DNA of 64,000 nucleotides from a bacterium (GTDB lineage Bacteria > DRYD01), in contig JBCNVB010000003.1 of the NCBI GenBank assembly GCA_039630415.1, positions 52,962-116,961 on the forward strand, given 5' to 3'. Below the pieces are notes generated by a model. That model searched no databases. It saw only the letters and a list, made by a program, of their open reading frames with translations, and was not told the origin of the DNA. Below, piece by piece: positions 1 to 9,887 of the stretch. A program made the translations under genes and the position numbers. Numbering within the stretch: position 1 is the stretch's first letter; each line of letters opens with the position of its first letter.

Positions 1-493
1 AACATGAACTAAAAATTGGGTCTTTTTTTGATAATTCTTGAAATATACTGTAAAGTATAGTAGTAGTTGTTGTTTTTCCATTTGTTCCTGTTATACCGAA
101 GATGTTTAAACTTTTTGCCGGATGATCATAAAAGAAATTTAGCAATTTATCTAAATCTCTCTTTAAGTTTTCTACTACTACATAGTTGATATGACTTGGA
201 AGCATATGGTAATTACAATCTTTATCAGCTATTACTAGCTTTGGATTAAGATCAAGAATAGGTTTCAAGTAGTGTTCTAATGGATCTTTCGAACCTTTCA
301 AAGCTATAAAACCAACATCGCAACTGCTATAACTGCAACTGCTACAAATAGATCTAAACAAACCATACAGTGAACTGTTTAAAATAAAAAAATCTATCTT
401 GTGATCACTGTTTACATTGATCTTAATCAACTTAAATGATAAACTAAGAAAATCAACTATATCAGAAATTTTTTTGTAATTTTTGTTAACCAT
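1..493 (-). CDS. murE: Mur ligase, most likely UDP-MurNAc-tripeptide synthetase (partial, runs off window start)
   Basis: Manual minus-strand translation from ATG at 493 gives ...FFYDHPAKSLNIFGITGTNGKTTTTTILYSI..., the MurE-type FY.HP...GITGTNGKTT signature. Not in the ORF track. Confidence 0.8.
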   Translation of the reverse strand, partial: MVNKNYKKISDIVDFLSLSFKLIKINVNSDHKIDFFILNSSLYGLFRSICSSCSYSSCDVGFIALKGSKDPLEHYLKPILDLNPKLVIADKDCNYHMLPSHINYVVVENLKRDLDKLLNFFYDHPAKSLNIFGITGTNGKTTTTTILYSIFQELSKKDPIFSSC

Positions 494-613
494 CTACCTT
501 TATGATTTTCTTCTACGTTCTAGAAATATGTCCTATTGAAGGTGTACTTCAAAAGGTATTAAATTTTAAAAGTGGTAACTATTGGATTTTCTTAAGACGG
601 GGGTAAAATAAAG

Positions 614-2242
614 ATGCTCTTACAAGAAATTACTTTTAACCGTATAAAAACCCAAATAGACACAAAATCTCTTGAGTACAAAAGTAATTACGATTATCAC
701 AAAGGATTAGCTCAGGTACTACATGAAAGAATAAAAAGGATAATGGAGGGTGGATCTGAAGAAGCTAAACAAAAACACATACAACGTGGAAAACTTTTGG
801 TAAGAGATAGAATAAAAAACCTAATAGATCCAGATACAGATTTTTTTGAATTGTCCATTTTTGCAGGACATGAACTTTATGAAGATTATATTCCTGCAGG
901 AGGAATAATAACTGGTATAGGACTAGTTGAAGGTAAATTTTGCATGATAGTTGCAAATGATGCTACTGTCAAAGGTGGAACCTACTATCCTATAACAGTT
1001 AAAAAACACATCAGAGCTCAGGAAATAGCAATGCAAAACAGATTACCAACAATATATCTCGTAGACTCTGGGGGAGCTTTCTTACCTCTTCAAGCTGAAG
1101 TATTCCCCGACAAAGAACACTTCGGAAGAATATTTTATAACCAAGCGAGAATGTCTGCTATGGGTATACCACAAATAGCTGTTGTAATGGGATCTTGTAC
1201 AGCAGGAGGAGCTTACGTTCCTGCTATGAGTGACGAAGTTGTAATAGTTAAAAATCAAGGTACAATATTTTTAGGTGGACCACCTTTGGTTAAAGCTGCT
1301 ACCGGCGAAGAAATATCTGCTGAAGAACTAGGTGGAGGAGATGTTCATACCAGAATATCTGGAGTAGCTGACTACCTCGCTGATAATGATTACCATGCTA
1401 TTCAAATAACTCGACATATAGTCAAGAATCTTAACTATGAACCAATTCCATCTCTAACTCAATATGATCCGGAAGAACCCTACTACGATCCAGATGAAAT
1501 ATATGGCATACTTCCAAAAGACCTAAGAAAACCTTTCGACATAAGAGAAATTATTGCCAGAATAGTAGATGGAAGTTATTTCCATGAGTTCAAACCGTTG
1601 TATGGTAGTACATTAGTTTGTGGATTTGCAAGAATACACGGATACATAGTAGGAATAGTGGCAAATAATGGTGTACTGTTTTCTCAATCCGCCCTAAAAG
1701 GAGCCCACTTTATTCAACTATGCAACAAAAGAAAAATACCCATAATCTTCTTACAGAATATAACCGGTTTTATGGTTGGAAAACAGTATGAACATGGTGG
1801 AATAGCAAAAGATGGTGCAAAAATGATAAATACAGTGGCTAATTCTGAGGTTCCCAGAATAACTATAATCGTTGGAGGATCTTTTGGAGCGGGAAATTAT
1901 GGAATGTGCGGAAGAGCATATAATCCAAGATTTTTGTTCATGTATCCCAACGCAAAAATATCAGTTATGGGAGGGGAGCAAGCTGCATTAACACTTCTTA
2001 CTGTCAAAGAACAACAACTTAAAGCCAAGGGAATAAGTATGTCAGAAGAAGAAAAACAAGAATTTATGAAGAAGATAATAGAAAAATATGATTACGAAGG
2101 AAGTGCTTACTACTCCTCAGCTAGGTTGTGGGATGATGGAATAATCAACCCTATACAAACAAGAAAGGTACTTGCTAGGGTACTTAGTGTATGCTCTTAT
2201 AGCCCCATAGAAGACTCTACTTATGCAATCTTTAGAATGTAA
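614..2242 (+). CDS. acyl-CoA carboxylase carboxyltransferase subunit (3-methylcrotonyl-CoA carboxylase beta-like)
   Basis: [50 protein letters not shown] motifs. Confidence 0.9.
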   Translation: MLLQEITFNRIKTQIDTKSLEYKSNYDYHKGLAQVLHERIKRIMEGGSEEAKQKHIQRGKLLVRDRIKNLIDPDTDFFELSIFAGHELYEDYIPAGGIITGIGLVEGKFCMIVANDATVKGGTYYPITVKKHIRAQEIAMQNRLPTIYLVDSGGAFLPLQAEVFPDKEHFGRIFYNQARMSAMGIPQIAVVMGSCTAGGAYVPAMSDEVVIVKNQGTIFLGGPPLVKAATGEEISAEELGGGDVHTRISGVADYLADNDYHAIQITRHIVKNLNYEPIPSLTQYDPEEPYYDPDEIYGILPKDLRKPFDIREIIARIVDGSYFHEFKPLYGSTLVCGFARIHGYIVGIVANNGVLFSQSALKGAHFIQLCNKRKIPIIFLQNITGFMVGKQYEHGGIAKDGAKMINTVANSEVPRITIIVGGSFGAGNYGMCGRAYNPRFLFMYPNAKISVMGGEQAALTLLTVKEQQLKAKGISMSEEEKQEFMKKIIEKYDYEGSAYYSSARLWDDGIINPIQTRKVLARVLSVCSYSPIEDSTYAIFRM

Positions 2243-2244
2243 CT

Positions 2245-3291
2245 ATGAATATGTTGGATTTAGAACTACAAAAGTTAGGAATACATAGATCTAAAGAGCC
2301 AGCACATGTATTACCGCAAGCAGCTTATAAAGTTGATAACTCTTTACCAATATCTGAAACTGAAATTCTATTTGAAATAGACTCTCTGAATATAGATTCA
2401 GCAAGTTTTAGAAATTTGTTGGAAATTTCTGAAAACTCAGAAAGTAAACTTAAACAAAAGATATCGGAAATAGTAAAAGAGAGGGGAAAAATGCATAATC
2501 CTCAAACTAACTCGGGAGGAGTATTCAAAGGCAAGATTAAGCAAATTGGAAACATATACAATCAATATCATCAGAATAAATATCAGTTGGGAAGCAAGGT
2601 TGTGTCATTAACTTCTTTGACATTCACTCCTCTATATTTGGAGGAAATATACGATGTAGATATAAAAGGATGTACTGTATTTGTTAAAGGTTACGCGATT
2701 TTATTTTTGAATAGTCCCTTTGCGGTAATAGATGGATATGAAATACAAGAGGAAATAATAATGAAAGTATTGGATGTAGCTGGAGCACCTGCACAAGTAG
2801 CAAGATATACTAAACTATCCAGTAAGGTTGTAATACTTGGATCGGGTAAATCTTCAATACTTGCATCATACGAAGCTATGAAGCGAGTAGGACCAACAGG
2901 AAAGGTAATTGTAATATCAAACAATCAAGAAGAATTAGACTATTTTTTAAAAAATCATCTTTGTCATGAGGTAATTCTGTCTGATGCTACTGACCCTATC
3001 CAAACTTATCAAAAATACCTACGGACAAATGATCAACTAGCAGATTTAGTAGTTAATTGTACTAATGTACCTGATACCGAAGCTACAACTATACTGCTAA
3101 CTAAGGATTTTGGTATATCATACTTTTTCTCGATGGCTACATCTTTTCAGAAGGCTGCTTTACAAGCGGAGGGACTTGCTAAAAATGTCGAATTAATCAT
3201 TGGTAATGGATACTACCCAGACCACTACAAAATAGCTCTTAATTGTTTAATTGAAAATCCCCATATACTTGAGTTTTTTAAAATTAAGTAG
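2245..3291 (+). CDS. kdd: L-erythro-3,5-diaminohexanoate dehydrogenase
   Basis: GIHR..EP..VLPQAA, LNIDSASF, RGKMHNP.T.SGG, LDVAGAPAQ, FFSMATSF..AAL.AEG, IGNGY motifs typical of Kdd. Confidence 0.85.
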   Translation: MNMLDLELQKLGIHRSKEPAHVLPQAAYKVDNSLPISETEILFEIDSLNIDSASFRNLLEISENSESKLKQKISEIVKERGKMHNPQTNSGGVFKGKIKQIGNIYNQYHQNKYQLGSKVVSLTSLTFTPLYLEEIYDVDIKGCTVFVKGYAILFLNSPFAVIDGYEIQEEIIMKVLDVAGAPAQVARYTKLSSKVVILGSGKSSILASYEAMKRVGPTGKVIVISNNQEELDYFLKNHLCHEVILSDATDPIQTYQKYLRTNDQLADLVVNCTNVPDTEATTILLTKDFGISYFFSMATSFQKAALQAEGLAKNVELIIGNGYYPDHYKIALNCLIENPHILEFFKIK

Positions 3292-3350
3292 AAGGTATGT
3301 AATTGTTGGTCAAGAATATCATATAAAGACCAGTATACCTACTAATCAAA

Positions 3351-3800
3351 ATGTCAATAGACAAGGAAAAACCATACCTAGAATTATCAAAAATAAAAGA
3401 AATAGCCTCAGAAATTTTGGATGTAGTATTCGTTAAAAACTACGTTATAAAAAAAGAATATAAACCTGATGTAGATATATTCAAATTCAGCCAAAACAAT
3501 AAGGAGTATTTTCTAATAGTAGTAGCGCTACCTGGTATCAAAAAGGACTCTATAGAAATATCACTTGATCAAGACTTATTGACAATAAGTGCTAAAAGAG
3601 AACTATTTTTCCCTACAGAAATGATAAATATAGAAGGTGATATACTTGAGTTCATAAACAATAACTCAATATCAATAGAGAATTACTACGGTAATATATT
3701 CAGGAAAATAAGATTACCTAAACCAGTAAAGGCGAAAGAAGAAAAAGCAACGTATTTCAAAGGAATGCTTTTTATAAAACTCGAGGTTTTACAAGATTGA
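3351..3800 (+). CDS. Hsp20/alpha-crystallin family protein
   Basis: PDVDI...ALPGIKKDSIEI...LTISAKR...YGNIFRKIRLP...ATYFKGML.I.L. Confidence 0.8.
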   Translation: MSIDKEKPYLELSKIKEIASEILDVVFVKNYVIKKEYKPDVDIFKFSQNNKEYFLIVVALPGIKKDSIEISLDQDLLTISAKRELFFPTEMINIEGDILEFINNNSISIENYYGNIFRKIRLPKPVKAKEEKATYFKGMLFIKLEVLQD

Positions 3801-3801
3801 A

Positions 3802-4002
3802 ATGAAACAAATAGTAATACAAGCTATAAAAATGTATAGGAAACTAAAAATGAGGCCTGCGGTATGTAGATACTATCCATCCTGCTCAGAATACATGATA
3901 CTCAGTATAGAGAAATACGGGCTTATAAAAGGAATATTAAAAGGTTTAATCAGAATAGTAAGGTGTAATCCTTTAGGTAAGGGAGGAATTGATTATCCAT
4001 AA
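3802..4002 (+). CDS. yidD: membrane protein insertion efficiency factor
   Basis: CRYYPSCSEY...YG..KG.....RI.RCNP..KGG.D.P. Confidence 0.9.
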   Translation: MKQIVIQAIKMYRKLKMRPAVCRYYPSCSEYMILSIEKYGLIKGILKGLIRIVRCNPLGKGGIDYP

Positions 4003-4918
4003 CTTGGTTATATGCCCTAAGTGCAATACCGAAAATCAAGATAATTACAACTACTGCTACAATTGTGCTTTTCCTCTTAAGGAAAAAATAAGGGAAAAGG
4101 AAATAACTAGACTAATGGGAATAGCTATAGGATACGAAATTGTAAATCTATTTGATAAAGCTGCCGAAATATATGAAACTATAGTCCAAGAAAAACCTAG
4201 CTATGCTGACGTAAGATACAAATTAGCTTTAATCTATGAGTTACAGGGTAAGTATGAAAAGGTAATAAAGCAACTTCAAGAAGCACTTACCATAAACCCT
4301 GATTTTATCCAGGCAAGAATTAAGCTTGCTAATATTTTGATGACTCTGGGAAACTATCAAGAAGCACTCATAGAGTACAAAACCGTTCTCACCACAAAAA
4401 TAAAATATAACTTCGCAGACATATACAACAATATAGGGATAATATATGAAAAAATGGGAAATATAAAACAAGCAAAAGCATACTATATGAAATCAATATC
4501 AATGAATCCCAAATTTGCAAAACCTTACTACAATTTAGGAAATGTCATGTTTGCAAAGGGAAACTATGATATGGCTATAATTAACTACAGAAAAGCTATA
4601 AGCTTGAAGTTTGAAGTTCCTGAAGTATATAATAACCTTGCTTTGGCTATGTATAAGCAAGGAAACATGAAAGAAGCTGAACAGAATCTATTAAAGGCAA
4701 TAGAAATAGATAAGAATTTTTTTGAAGCTTACTACAATTTAACACTAATCTACCTTCAATCCGAACAACTTCAAAAAGCAAATGAAATTATTCAACAAAT
4801 TAAACAAAGATTTGCCTACAGTCAAGATATAAATTACCTTGAAAAAACTATTGAAAAAAAGTATAAGGAAAAGTACAAAAAAGAGCAAATTAATAATATA
4901 GAGAAAACAATTAAATGA
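3989..4918 (+). CDS. zinc-ribbon + tetratricopeptide repeat protein
   Basis: N-terminal CPKC..CYNC, followed by several TPR units (YNNIG.IY..MG, YYNLG.V....G). Confidence 0.8.
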   Translation: MIIHNLVICPKCNTENQDNYNYCYNCAFPLKEKIREKEITRLMGIAIGYEIVNLFDKAAEIYETIVQEKPSYADVRYKLALIYELQGKYEKVIKQLQEALTINPDFIQARIKLANILMTLGNYQEALIEYKTVLTTKIKYNFADIYNNIGIIYEKMGNIKQAKAYYMKSISMNPKFAKPYYNLGNVMFAKGNYDMAIINYRKAISLKFEVPEVYNNLALAMYKQGNMKEAEQNLLKAIEIDKNFFEAYYNLTLIYLQSEQLQKANEIIQQIKQRFAYSQDINYLEKTIEKKYKEKYKKEQINNIEKTIK

Positions 4919-5541
4919 ACGAAGCATTTAGTAAACTAAAATCAACGGTGCAATACTACAAAAGAATATTAAGAAAAGATCCCTTTATAGCGCTAAACAT
5001 AGCACCCATAAACTATATGAAAAATGATAAAATCACAGTTGATTCAAATCCAAAGGGATTGATAGATCAGAAAGAATTGGATCAAATGATATCCTTTATT
5101 CATAGATATGCAAAAGAATACTTATCTTCAATAATTTCTTGTTTCCAACCATTACCTGCTGTATATGAACAAATAATAAAGGGATCAGCAAAGAAAATTG
5201 AAGGTTTAGAAACACATAGAGTTAAAGGTTTCAAAATATCAGAACCAAAAGCACAAATATATGAGAATGAATTTGCTCAGAATATATTTGGAACAACTGA
5301 TACAAATAAACTAAAAGCTGCTCAAAACTACTATTTATCAGCATCTCATTTTAAAGAAAAAAACTACTACGAATCAAACAAAGCAATACTAGAGTCTTAT
5401 AAATACGATCCTTCTAACCCATATGTTATTAACAACCTGTTTATAACTAACTATTTGCTAGGAAAATTTGATGAAAACCAAGAAATACTAAAAATCATGG
5501 CTATATTTGGATTCGACGAGGTTGAGTTCTTTGAAAAGTAG
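4915..5541 (+). CDS. hypothetical protein with C-terminal TPR-like helices
   Basis: ATGA-type overlap with the upstream gene; DPSNPYVINNL TPR-like segment. Confidence 0.55.
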   Translation: MNEAFSKLKSTVQYYKRILRKDPFIALNIAPINYMKNDKITVDSNPKGLIDQKELDQMISFIHRYAKEYLSSIISCFQPLPAVYEQIIKGSAKKIEGLETHRVKGFKISEPKAQIYENEFAQNIFGTTDTNKLKAAQNYYLSASHFKEKNYYESNKAILESYKYDPSNPYVINNLFITNYLLGKFDENQEILKIMAIFGFDEVEFFEK

Positions 5542-5562
5542 AAAAAGAAAGGGTGAAAAAAT

Positions 5563-6174
5563 ATGAAGCTTCCTTCAAAAGACTATTATAAGCTCTTGGA
5601 AGTAAGTCCATTAGCTTCAACAGAGGAAATACAACAGGCTTTCAGAAAATTGGCTCGTAAGTACCACCCAGATACCACCCAAAACCCCGTAGAAAAGAAA
5701 AGACTACAGGAAATCTATCAACAACTAGTAGATGCTCATCAGTTCCTGAGAGATGAAGAAAAAAGAAAAGAATATGACAATAATGTAATATTCAAATTCA
5801 GAACCATAAGTAAGAGTCAGGTAAAGAATAAGGTACAAGTACAAACCAAACAGGAACCATGGTGGAAAAAAATATTATCGATTGGTAAAAAGGACAAAGA
5901 AAAGGATGACCCGGTTAAAAAAGCAGAACAACTATTTTTCTTAGGTATGAGTCTAACAGCAAGACAAGATCAAAAAATGATACAATCAGCCCTAACTTAT
6001 TTTGAACAAGCCTACAAATCAAATCCAGAGCTATTGGAAGCTTTGTTCAATACAGCCCTAGCATACTACAAATTGGGTGATTTTGAAAAAGCAAAAAGTT
6101 TACTTAAGGAATATCTTTCCAAAAGGCCATCCGATCAAGCAGCCGAAATACTATATCGTCTTATAAACTGGTAA
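5563..6174 (+). CDS. J-domain (DnaJ-like) protein with C-terminal TPR
   Basis: DYYKLLEV...AFRKLARKYHPD J-domain with HPD; C-terminal TPR. Confidence 0.85.
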   Translation: MKLPSKDYYKLLEVSPLASTEEIQQAFRKLARKYHPDTTQNPVEKKRLQEIYQQLVDAHQFLRDEEKRKEYDNNVIFKFRTISKSQVKNKVQVQTKQEPWWKKILSIGKKDKEKDDPVKKAEQLFFLGMSLTARQDQKMIQSALTYFEQAYKSNPELLEALFNTALAYYKLGDFEKAKSLLKEYLSKRPSDQAAEILYRLINW

Positions 6175-7091
6175 TGATAACTATAATAACCGGTCCAACT
6201 GCGGTAGGAAAAACTAACCTTTCCCTAATCCTTGCCCAAAAAATACCTAACTCCATCATAATCTCTGTGGATAGTAGACAAGTATACAGACTAATGGACA
6301 TAGGCACTGATAAGGTATCACCATATATCAGAAAGTATATCCCACACTATCTAATAGATATCATTAACCCCAATTGCCAATTCTCTGTTTATGACTTTAT
6401 CAATAAATCACATAAAATAGTGCAATTTGCTATTAAGAATAACAAAAATGTTATATTTGTAGGAGGAACTGTATTGTACGTACTTTCGCTTATAGAAGGA
6501 TACTCTCTCTTACCTACTAACCCCAACATAAGAAAAAAGTATGAAAATTTATCAACAGAAGAACTTAAAAATCTTTTGGAAAAAATTGATAAAAAATATG
6601 CTACAAACTTTCTAAATAAAATAAAAGACAAAAGAAGAATGGTCAGAATACTTGAGGTATACGAAATAACTAATCAAAATCCATTAGATCTGTGGAGAAA
6701 TAATCGAAAAATTCCAATAGATAACATAATAATTCTGCAAAATCATAGATCAAAAATATATGAAAATATAAACTCAAGAGTAGATCGTCAAATATCTCAA
6801 GGACTTGTAGATGAAGTCAAATACATAGTTAAAAAGTATCCTGAATATTCAACTTTTAAAAGCCTTAAAACTTTTGGATATTACGAGATAATTCAATACA
6901 TTAACAGGAATATAACTCTTGAAAGAGCAATAGATCTGATAAAAAGAAATACGAGAAGATATGCAAAAAGACAAATTAGTTTTCTGAAGAAAATAAAAGG
7001 ACATGTAGTCGATTTATCAACTTTCCAAGATAACTTATATAGAGCTTCAGAACATATACTACAGTTTATATTCAATCCAAGTAATGTTTGA
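6174..7091 (+). CDS. miaA: tRNA dimethylallyltransferase
   Basis: GPTAVGKT, SVDSRQVYR.MDIGT.K, VGGT.LY, NTRRYAKRQ. Confidence 0.95.
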   Translation: MITIITGPTAVGKTNLSLILAQKIPNSIIISVDSRQVYRLMDIGTDKVSPYIRKYIPHYLIDIINPNCQFSVYDFINKSHKIVQFAIKNNKNVIFVGGTVLYVLSLIEGYSLLPTNPNIRKKYENLSTEELKNLLEKIDKKYATNFLNKIKDKRRMVRILEVYEITNQNPLDLWRNNRKIPIDNIIILQNHRSKIYENINSRVDRQISQGLVDEVKYIVKKYPEYSTFKSLKTFGYYEIIQYINRNITLERAIDLIKRNTRRYAKRQISFLKKIKGHVVDLSTFQDNLYRASEHILQFIFNPSNV

Positions 7092-8022
7092 AGGTACATT
7101 ACCACAAGCTATTTCTGAACTACAAATACTTGAACCATCAGAGTATTATACTCTTCCAGATTATCAGTTAAACCAACATATATACTTTTTTGATGGGGTT
7201 AAGGAAATAGTTTATCTTAATCAGTTCTACGAAGCTTTATGGATTACGTGCATAGGAGGAATCAGAACTATACAACAGCCATGCTTTACAAAAGTCTTCT
7301 GCTTCTATGTATATAACTACGTAAATAAACCTAATAACTACATATTTGATAAATTATCAACTTACGGAATTAGTTTTAACTCTGTTTTTGAAGAATTCGA
7401 TCAAGTCTATGAATATGTTACGAGTGTAAAAGATTTGTCTGTGGACTATGTATTAGGTTTATCACAGCGGGTAGAATATGAAAAAATTGAATCCATACAA
7501 AGCTTTACGAATCAAATGATGCTTTATCTGGAAGCGTTGATTGTTAATAGATATCTAAACCATGTAGGTGGTGTTGAAAGTATTGTAGTTTCTGATGGCC
7601 CACTTAGTAAATTTAATAAGATACCTAAGATGGAAAATACGTTAACTTTAGTTGGATTAGTTAAACAGGTTGAGAAGAATTATCTAGCAAATCTAGGAAA
7701 CGAATATCTGTATAATCTACCATTTTCTAAAAGAACTGCATCTTTCTTGATAAAGTATGGAAATATCCATGTTATCAGTTTCTACTTAAATTTAGGGCTC
7801 TACTCGCCTAAGATTATAAGATTGGAAATTTTAAAGGGTAGTGATGAAAAAATTCATCAAGATATACAAAGGCTAGAAAGAGTTGCTAATGTAGTGCTGA
7901 AACTATCAGTAGGGCCTAGAATATACCATAGGATGCCTGAAAATAACCTGGCACTCAACACACTGGAAAAATATCTAAAAAAATATATCCCCCATCAAAC
8001 AATATTTTCTTACGTTTTTTGA
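7084..8022 (+). CDS. NurA-like nuclease domain protein (divergent)
   Basis: FFDGV, VVSDGPL, VGLVK...YL, KRT..F, SFYL.L, IIRLE, R.PEN....LEK.L motifs in the order I recall for bacterial NurA-like proteins. Confidence 0.55.
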   Translation: MFEGTLPQAISELQILEPSEYYTLPDYQLNQHIYFFDGVKEIVYLNQFYEALWITCIGGIRTIQQPCFTKVFCFYVYNYVNKPNNYIFDKLSTYGISFNSVFEEFDQVYEYVTSVKDLSVDYVLGLSQRVEYEKIESIQSFTNQMMLYLEALIVNRYLNHVGGVESIVVSDGPLSKFNKIPKMENTLTLVGLVKQVEKNYLANLGNEYLYNLPFSKRTASFLIKYGNIHVISFYLNLGLYSPKIIRLEILKGSDEKIHQDIQRLERVANVVLKLSVGPRIYHRMPENNLALNTLEKYLKKYIPHQTIFSYVF

Positions 8023-8658
8023 ATGTCAAGAACATTAGAACAACTTATAAATGAGCTTAGAAAATACGGAATTACAGAAAAAACATTAGAGGTATTTAAA
8101 GTCATAAAAAGGGAATGGTTTGTTGAGGACAAAGAACAGGCTTATTTGAATGAAGCTTTACCATTCTTTGGACAAACAACTTCTCAACCACTAGTGATTG
8201 CTAATATTATTGATGAACTAGAGCTATCTAAACAAGATATAGTACTGGAAGTAGGAACTGGATCTGGTTTCCAAACATGCCTAATTGCTTATCTTGCTTT
8301 TAAAGTCTACTCATTCGAAATAGATCATCTAATATATAAAAAAGCAATTGAAAATATCTCTTACTGCCAAAGTATTATACCAAATCTGAACATCGAAGTT
8401 ATAAGAAAAGATATATTTAACTCTTACCAAGAAATACAAGAGATAATCCGGCAAGAAGGTAGAATAGATAAGGCGGTTTTTAGTTTCTCTATAAATAAAA
8501 TTCCCACTTTTATATCGGAATCAATAAATCTAATAATTGCCCCCATTGATATAAATCAAAAATATCAAAAACTCCAAAAGATAATTCGGCAAGGAGATAA
8601 GACTATTGTTAAGGACTTAGGGTATGTTTCATTTGTCAAAGCAAGGAGGGAAAAATGA
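8023..8658 (+). CDS. pcm: protein-L-isoaspartate O-methyltransferase
   Basis: RE.FV....AY.N.ALP..GQTTSQP, VLEVGTGSGFQ, C-terminal V.FV. Confidence 0.8.
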   Translation: MSRTLEQLINELRKYGITEKTLEVFKVIKREWFVEDKEQAYLNEALPFFGQTTSQPLVIANIIDELELSKQDIVLEVGTGSGFQTCLIAYLAFKVYSFEIDHLIYKKAIENISYCQSIIPNLNIEVIRKDIFNSYQEIQEIIRQEGRIDKAVFSFSINKIPTFISESINLIIAPIDINQKYQKLQKIIRQGDKTIVKDLGYVSFVKARREK

Positions 8659-9827
8659 TAGAGATAAAAAGAGCTAGTGTTAAGCTAAAAAAAGATATAA
8701 AGAATTTATATCAAAAAGTTTATGGAAGCTATTATTCTTTACCAGAAATTCAGGATGATGATCTCATGGAAGAAATATTGAACGATGAGGATAATGTTTG
8801 GGTTGTTGCACAAGAGGATGGTAATATAGTTGGTTCGCTTATATTTAGGGTAAATAAAGAAATCTCGGTTTGTAAAGCTATGGGAGCCGTTGTTAACCCA
8901 TCTCACAGAGGTAGAGGTTTATTTTCTCAAATGTTTGAATTTGGATTACAACTAATAGATACAGAGATAATCTATGCTTTAACAAGAACAATATCCCCAG
9001 AGCCTCAAAAGCTTCTTCTTAAACATAACTTTGTATCCTTAGGTATTTTCCCAAATGTAAGAAGAGTTTATGCTTATGAGAATCATGGGCTTTATGCTTA
9101 TATTAAACCCTCCGCATTTCAAAAAAGAAAAAAAATAAATGAATTAACATATGAAGTAGCAGCCTTACAAGAAATCTTAAAACAAATAATAATTAATCAG
9201 GACTTTCGAAATGGAGCGCTTGAACACTGGAAAGAATTTGTATACGAGAAAATCAAAATTATACCACGACAAAAGTTTAACATAGAACCTAAAGAAGCTA
9301 AAAAAATCGAAACCAAGATAATAAATGTGGAAAAAGATTACATAAACGAATATGACTCACTGAGATTTAAGTTTTTCCCTTTTCATAAACCAAACTTCAA
9401 GATAATTACAGAATACGGAAGCTTTTACCTACATTTAAATATGATAGATAAGCACTGTGCTATCATGGGAATTGATGTTCCTTTGGATGATATTGAAAGA
9501 CTATACAATCTGTTCTTTAACATACCTTACATAGTTGATAAATTAGATGCGAGATATTTGGAAATAGTATCAATGGCTTCTAAACATGTAAATCATTCAA
9601 TAATTTTGGATAATGGATTCATACCTGCTGCATATTTTCCATGTTTAATACCCCTAAAAGAAAACAAAAATAAATTTAGGGTCGATGCTGTAATATTTTT
9701 CTACCCTTATAACCTCCCACACTTCAAAAAACTGTTTATCCCAGATGATTTCAAGGAATATGTCAGGTATGTATATTCGATGATAGTTGAAAAAATCAAT
9801 CGGGAAATACAAAGTAGTCTACAGTAA
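8655..9827 (+). CDS. GNAT-domain N-acetyltransferase with C-terminal extension
   Basis: AVVNPSHRGRGL acetyl-CoA binding motif A. Confidence 0.7.
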   Translation: MIEIKRASVKLKKDIKNLYQKVYGSYYSLPEIQDDDLMEEILNDEDNVWVVAQEDGNIVGSLIFRVNKEISVCKAMGAVVNPSHRGRGLFSQMFEFGLQLIDTEIIYALTRTISPEPQKLLLKHNFVSLGIFPNVRRVYAYENHGLYAYIKPSAFQKRKKINELTYEVAALQEILKQIIINQDFRNGALEHWKEFVYEKIKIIPRQKFNIEPKEAKKIETKIINVEKDYINEYDSLRFKFFPFHKPNFKIITEYGSFYLHLNMIDKHCAIMGIDVPLDDIERLYNLFFNIPYIVDKLDARYLEIVSMASKHVNHSIILDNGFIPAAYFPCLIPLKENKNKFRVDAVIFFYPYNLPHFKKLFIPDDFKEYVRYVYSMIVEKINREIQSSLQ

Positions 9828-9887
9828 TTTGTATCACTTTTGTAATTCTCATTAGAGAATTTTTGTTTTCTGTGTAGAAGAGAGATT

